Positions 51,100 to 52,244 of a stretch of 52,244 bases of DNA are shown in pieces. Source of the DNA: Minisyncoccota bacterium (lineage in GTDB: Bacteria; Patescibacteriota; Minisyncoccia; Moranbacterales; UBA2206); the NCBI GenBank assembly GCA_031291955.1, contig JARLIA010000012.1, forward strand, positions 1 through 52,244, written 5' to 3'. The stretch's first letter is position 1. Each line of letters starts with the position of its first letter. The notes below the pieces were generated by a model. That model was not told where the DNA came from and made no database searches. It was given only the letters and a program-made list of their open reading frames with translations. Made by a program: the position numbers and the translations under genes.

Positions 51100-52095
51100 T
51101 CACTGATTGGAAATAAATTCCGCCATCTCAACTAATCTATTGGAATATCCCCATTCATTGTCATACCAGCCCACCACTTTGGCCAAATTACCATTGACCA
51201 TAGTGAGCGGCAAATCAACGATAGTGCTCATCGGATTCATTTTGAAGTCCATCGACACCAATTCCTCGTCAGTCGCGTCCAAAATATTTTTCAGCTCGTC
51301 CTTGGCGGCCTGGCGAAAAGCCTCGTTGATTTCATCAGCTGTCGTTTCTTTTTTAAGGACACAAATAAAATCCACGATTGAAACCACCGGCGTCGGCACA
51401 CGCAGAGATATTCCATCCAGCTGGCCGTCCAGGTGTTTGATGGCTTTCCCGACCGTTTTAGCTGCTCCGGTCGTGGTCGGAATGATATTCAATGCCGCCG
51501 CCCGCGCCCGACGCAAATCACTGTGCGGCAAATCTTGGAGCCGTTGGTCGTTGGTGTAAGAGTGGGTGGTTGTCATGAAGCCTTTTTCCACCCCAAAATT
51601 ATCGTCCAAAACTTTTATCATCGGTGCCAAACAATTGGTCGTACAGGAACCGTTGGAGATAACTTCCTCGCCGGTATAGTCGCGGGCATTCACGCCCAGG
51701 AGATAGACCGGCGTATCATCCTTGGCCGGCGCCGACAAGATCACCTTCTTGGCTCCGGCATCAATATGATTTTGCGCTTTTTCCTTGCTGTTAAAAACTC
51801 CGCTGCATTCCAAAACCACATCCACGTCCAGTTCTCCCCAGGGCAATTTTTTCGGATCAGGTTCCATAAAATATTTTATCCGGGTGCCGTCAACAATCAG
51901 TTCCGAATTTTTCTCATCTACCGTCACTTCCTTGTCATATCTCCCGAAAGAAGAATCGTATTTCAGAAGATGAGCAGCCGTCTTGATGTTGGTCAAATCA
52001 TTGATGGCAACCACTTCCAAATCTTCTTTCGCAAAAGCGATTTTAAACGAAGGGCGGCCAATTCTTCCAAATCCATTGATAGCAATTTTTGTCAT
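51100..52095 (-). CDS. gap: Type I glyceraldehyde-3-phosphate dehydrogenase
   Basis: INGFGRIGR, the active site SCTTNCLAP and ...WYDNEWGYS. The start is placed at MTKIAING; the ORF extension to 52119 (MKIENYSP) is heptad-repeat sequence. Confidence 0.93.
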   Translation of the reverse strand: MTKIAINGFGRIGRPSFKIAFAKEDLEVVAINDLTNIKTAAHLLKYDSSFGRYDKEVTVDEKNSELIVDGTRIKYFMEPDPKKLPWGELDVDVVLECSGVFNSKEKAQNHIDAGAKKVILSAPAKDDTPVYLLGVNARDYTGEEVISNGSCTTNCLAPMIKVLDDNFGVEKGFMTTTHSYTNDQRLQDLPHSDLRRARAAALNIIPTTTGAAKTVGKAIKHLDGQLDGISLRVPTPVVSIVDFICVLKKETTADEINEAFRQAAKDELKNILDATDEELVSMDFKMNPMSTIVDLPLTMVNGNLAKVVGWYDNEWGYSNRLVEMAEFISNQ

Positions 52096-52103
52096 AGGCG
52101 AAT

Positions 52104-52132
52104 AATTTTCAATTTTCAATTTTCAATTTTTC
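52104..52132. repeat. GAAAATT heptad tandem (reverse orientation) just upstream of the gap start
   Basis: aattttc occurs 3 times, followed by aattttt. Confidence 0.8.
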
Positions 52133-52197
52133 TGGCTGCGCCAGATCTCGCATAGCGAGACAAACAATTCAATAATTTTTCAAGTTATTAAACGTTT

Positions 52198-52244
52198 GGA
52201 AATTTAGTCATTGAAGCATTGGAAATTGTTTAGAAATTATAAAT
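52198..52244. repeat. Partial copy of the GAAAATT-element core at the window edge
   Basis: ggaaatttagtcattgaagcattggaaattgtttagaaatt shares aaatttagtcattg...ggaaattgttt with 2585-2620. Confidence 0.6.

Noticed and set aside
51100-51102. Possible alternative genetic code (UGA recoded, as in some CPR lineages).
   Set aside because: TGA terminates gap (51100) and murD (48010) at the positions expected from homologs, and long genes have no in-frame TGA. The standard bacterial code fits.

Overview
This 52-kb chromosomal segment looks like a Candidate Phyla Radiation / Patescibacteria (Parcubacteria-like) genome. That placement is inferred from gene content and style, not from any search. It is compact and mostly minus-strand, and it uses the standard code (TGA ends gap and murD). 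Housekeeping genes are ileS, argS, rnhB, dnaE, hup, recQ, thrS, a miaB-like gene, miaA, gatB, dut, secE-nusG-rplK-rplA, murD and gap, plus tRNA-Ala(TGC) and tRNA-Ile(GAT). There are also many very small zinc-ribbon, Cys-rich and membrane proteins. ileS has a T-box leader and thrS probably has one too. The accessory content falls into four groups. (i) An IS30 transposase fragment at the left edge is followed by a six-gene minus-strand operon (200-4868) with a SipW-type (ER/archaeal-type) signal peptidase and four cargo proteins, three of which carry TasA-type signal peptides. (ii) A 6-kb pyrimidine-deoxynucleotide cluster (34745-40742) contains dut, a DHFR-family reductase, a Nudix protein, a cytidylyltransferase-fold enzyme, an extended dCMP deaminase, a HIT protein with a transferase-type HxHxQ motif, a divergent ThyA-family enzyme and two P-loop (d)NMP-kinase-like proteins. 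This is my best candidate for an undescribed system; the null hypothesis is an ordinary thymidylate cycle. (iii) A secreted repeat protein sits next to a protein with a VirB2/TrbC-like pilin tail (45101-47666). (iv) An NDT-like protein, a Nudix protein, an ORF6N protein and RecQ lie together (23052-26330). The most unusual sequence-level feature is a set of short structured repeat families: nested hairpins CCCTCTC...GAGAGGG, GAAAATT-type heptad blocks, TTACGTAA arrays and perfect 28-34-bp palindromes. These sit directly upstream of many start codons. They are also inserted in-frame, in either orientation, into essential genes (ileS, dnaE, argS, rnhB, miaA, miaB-like).
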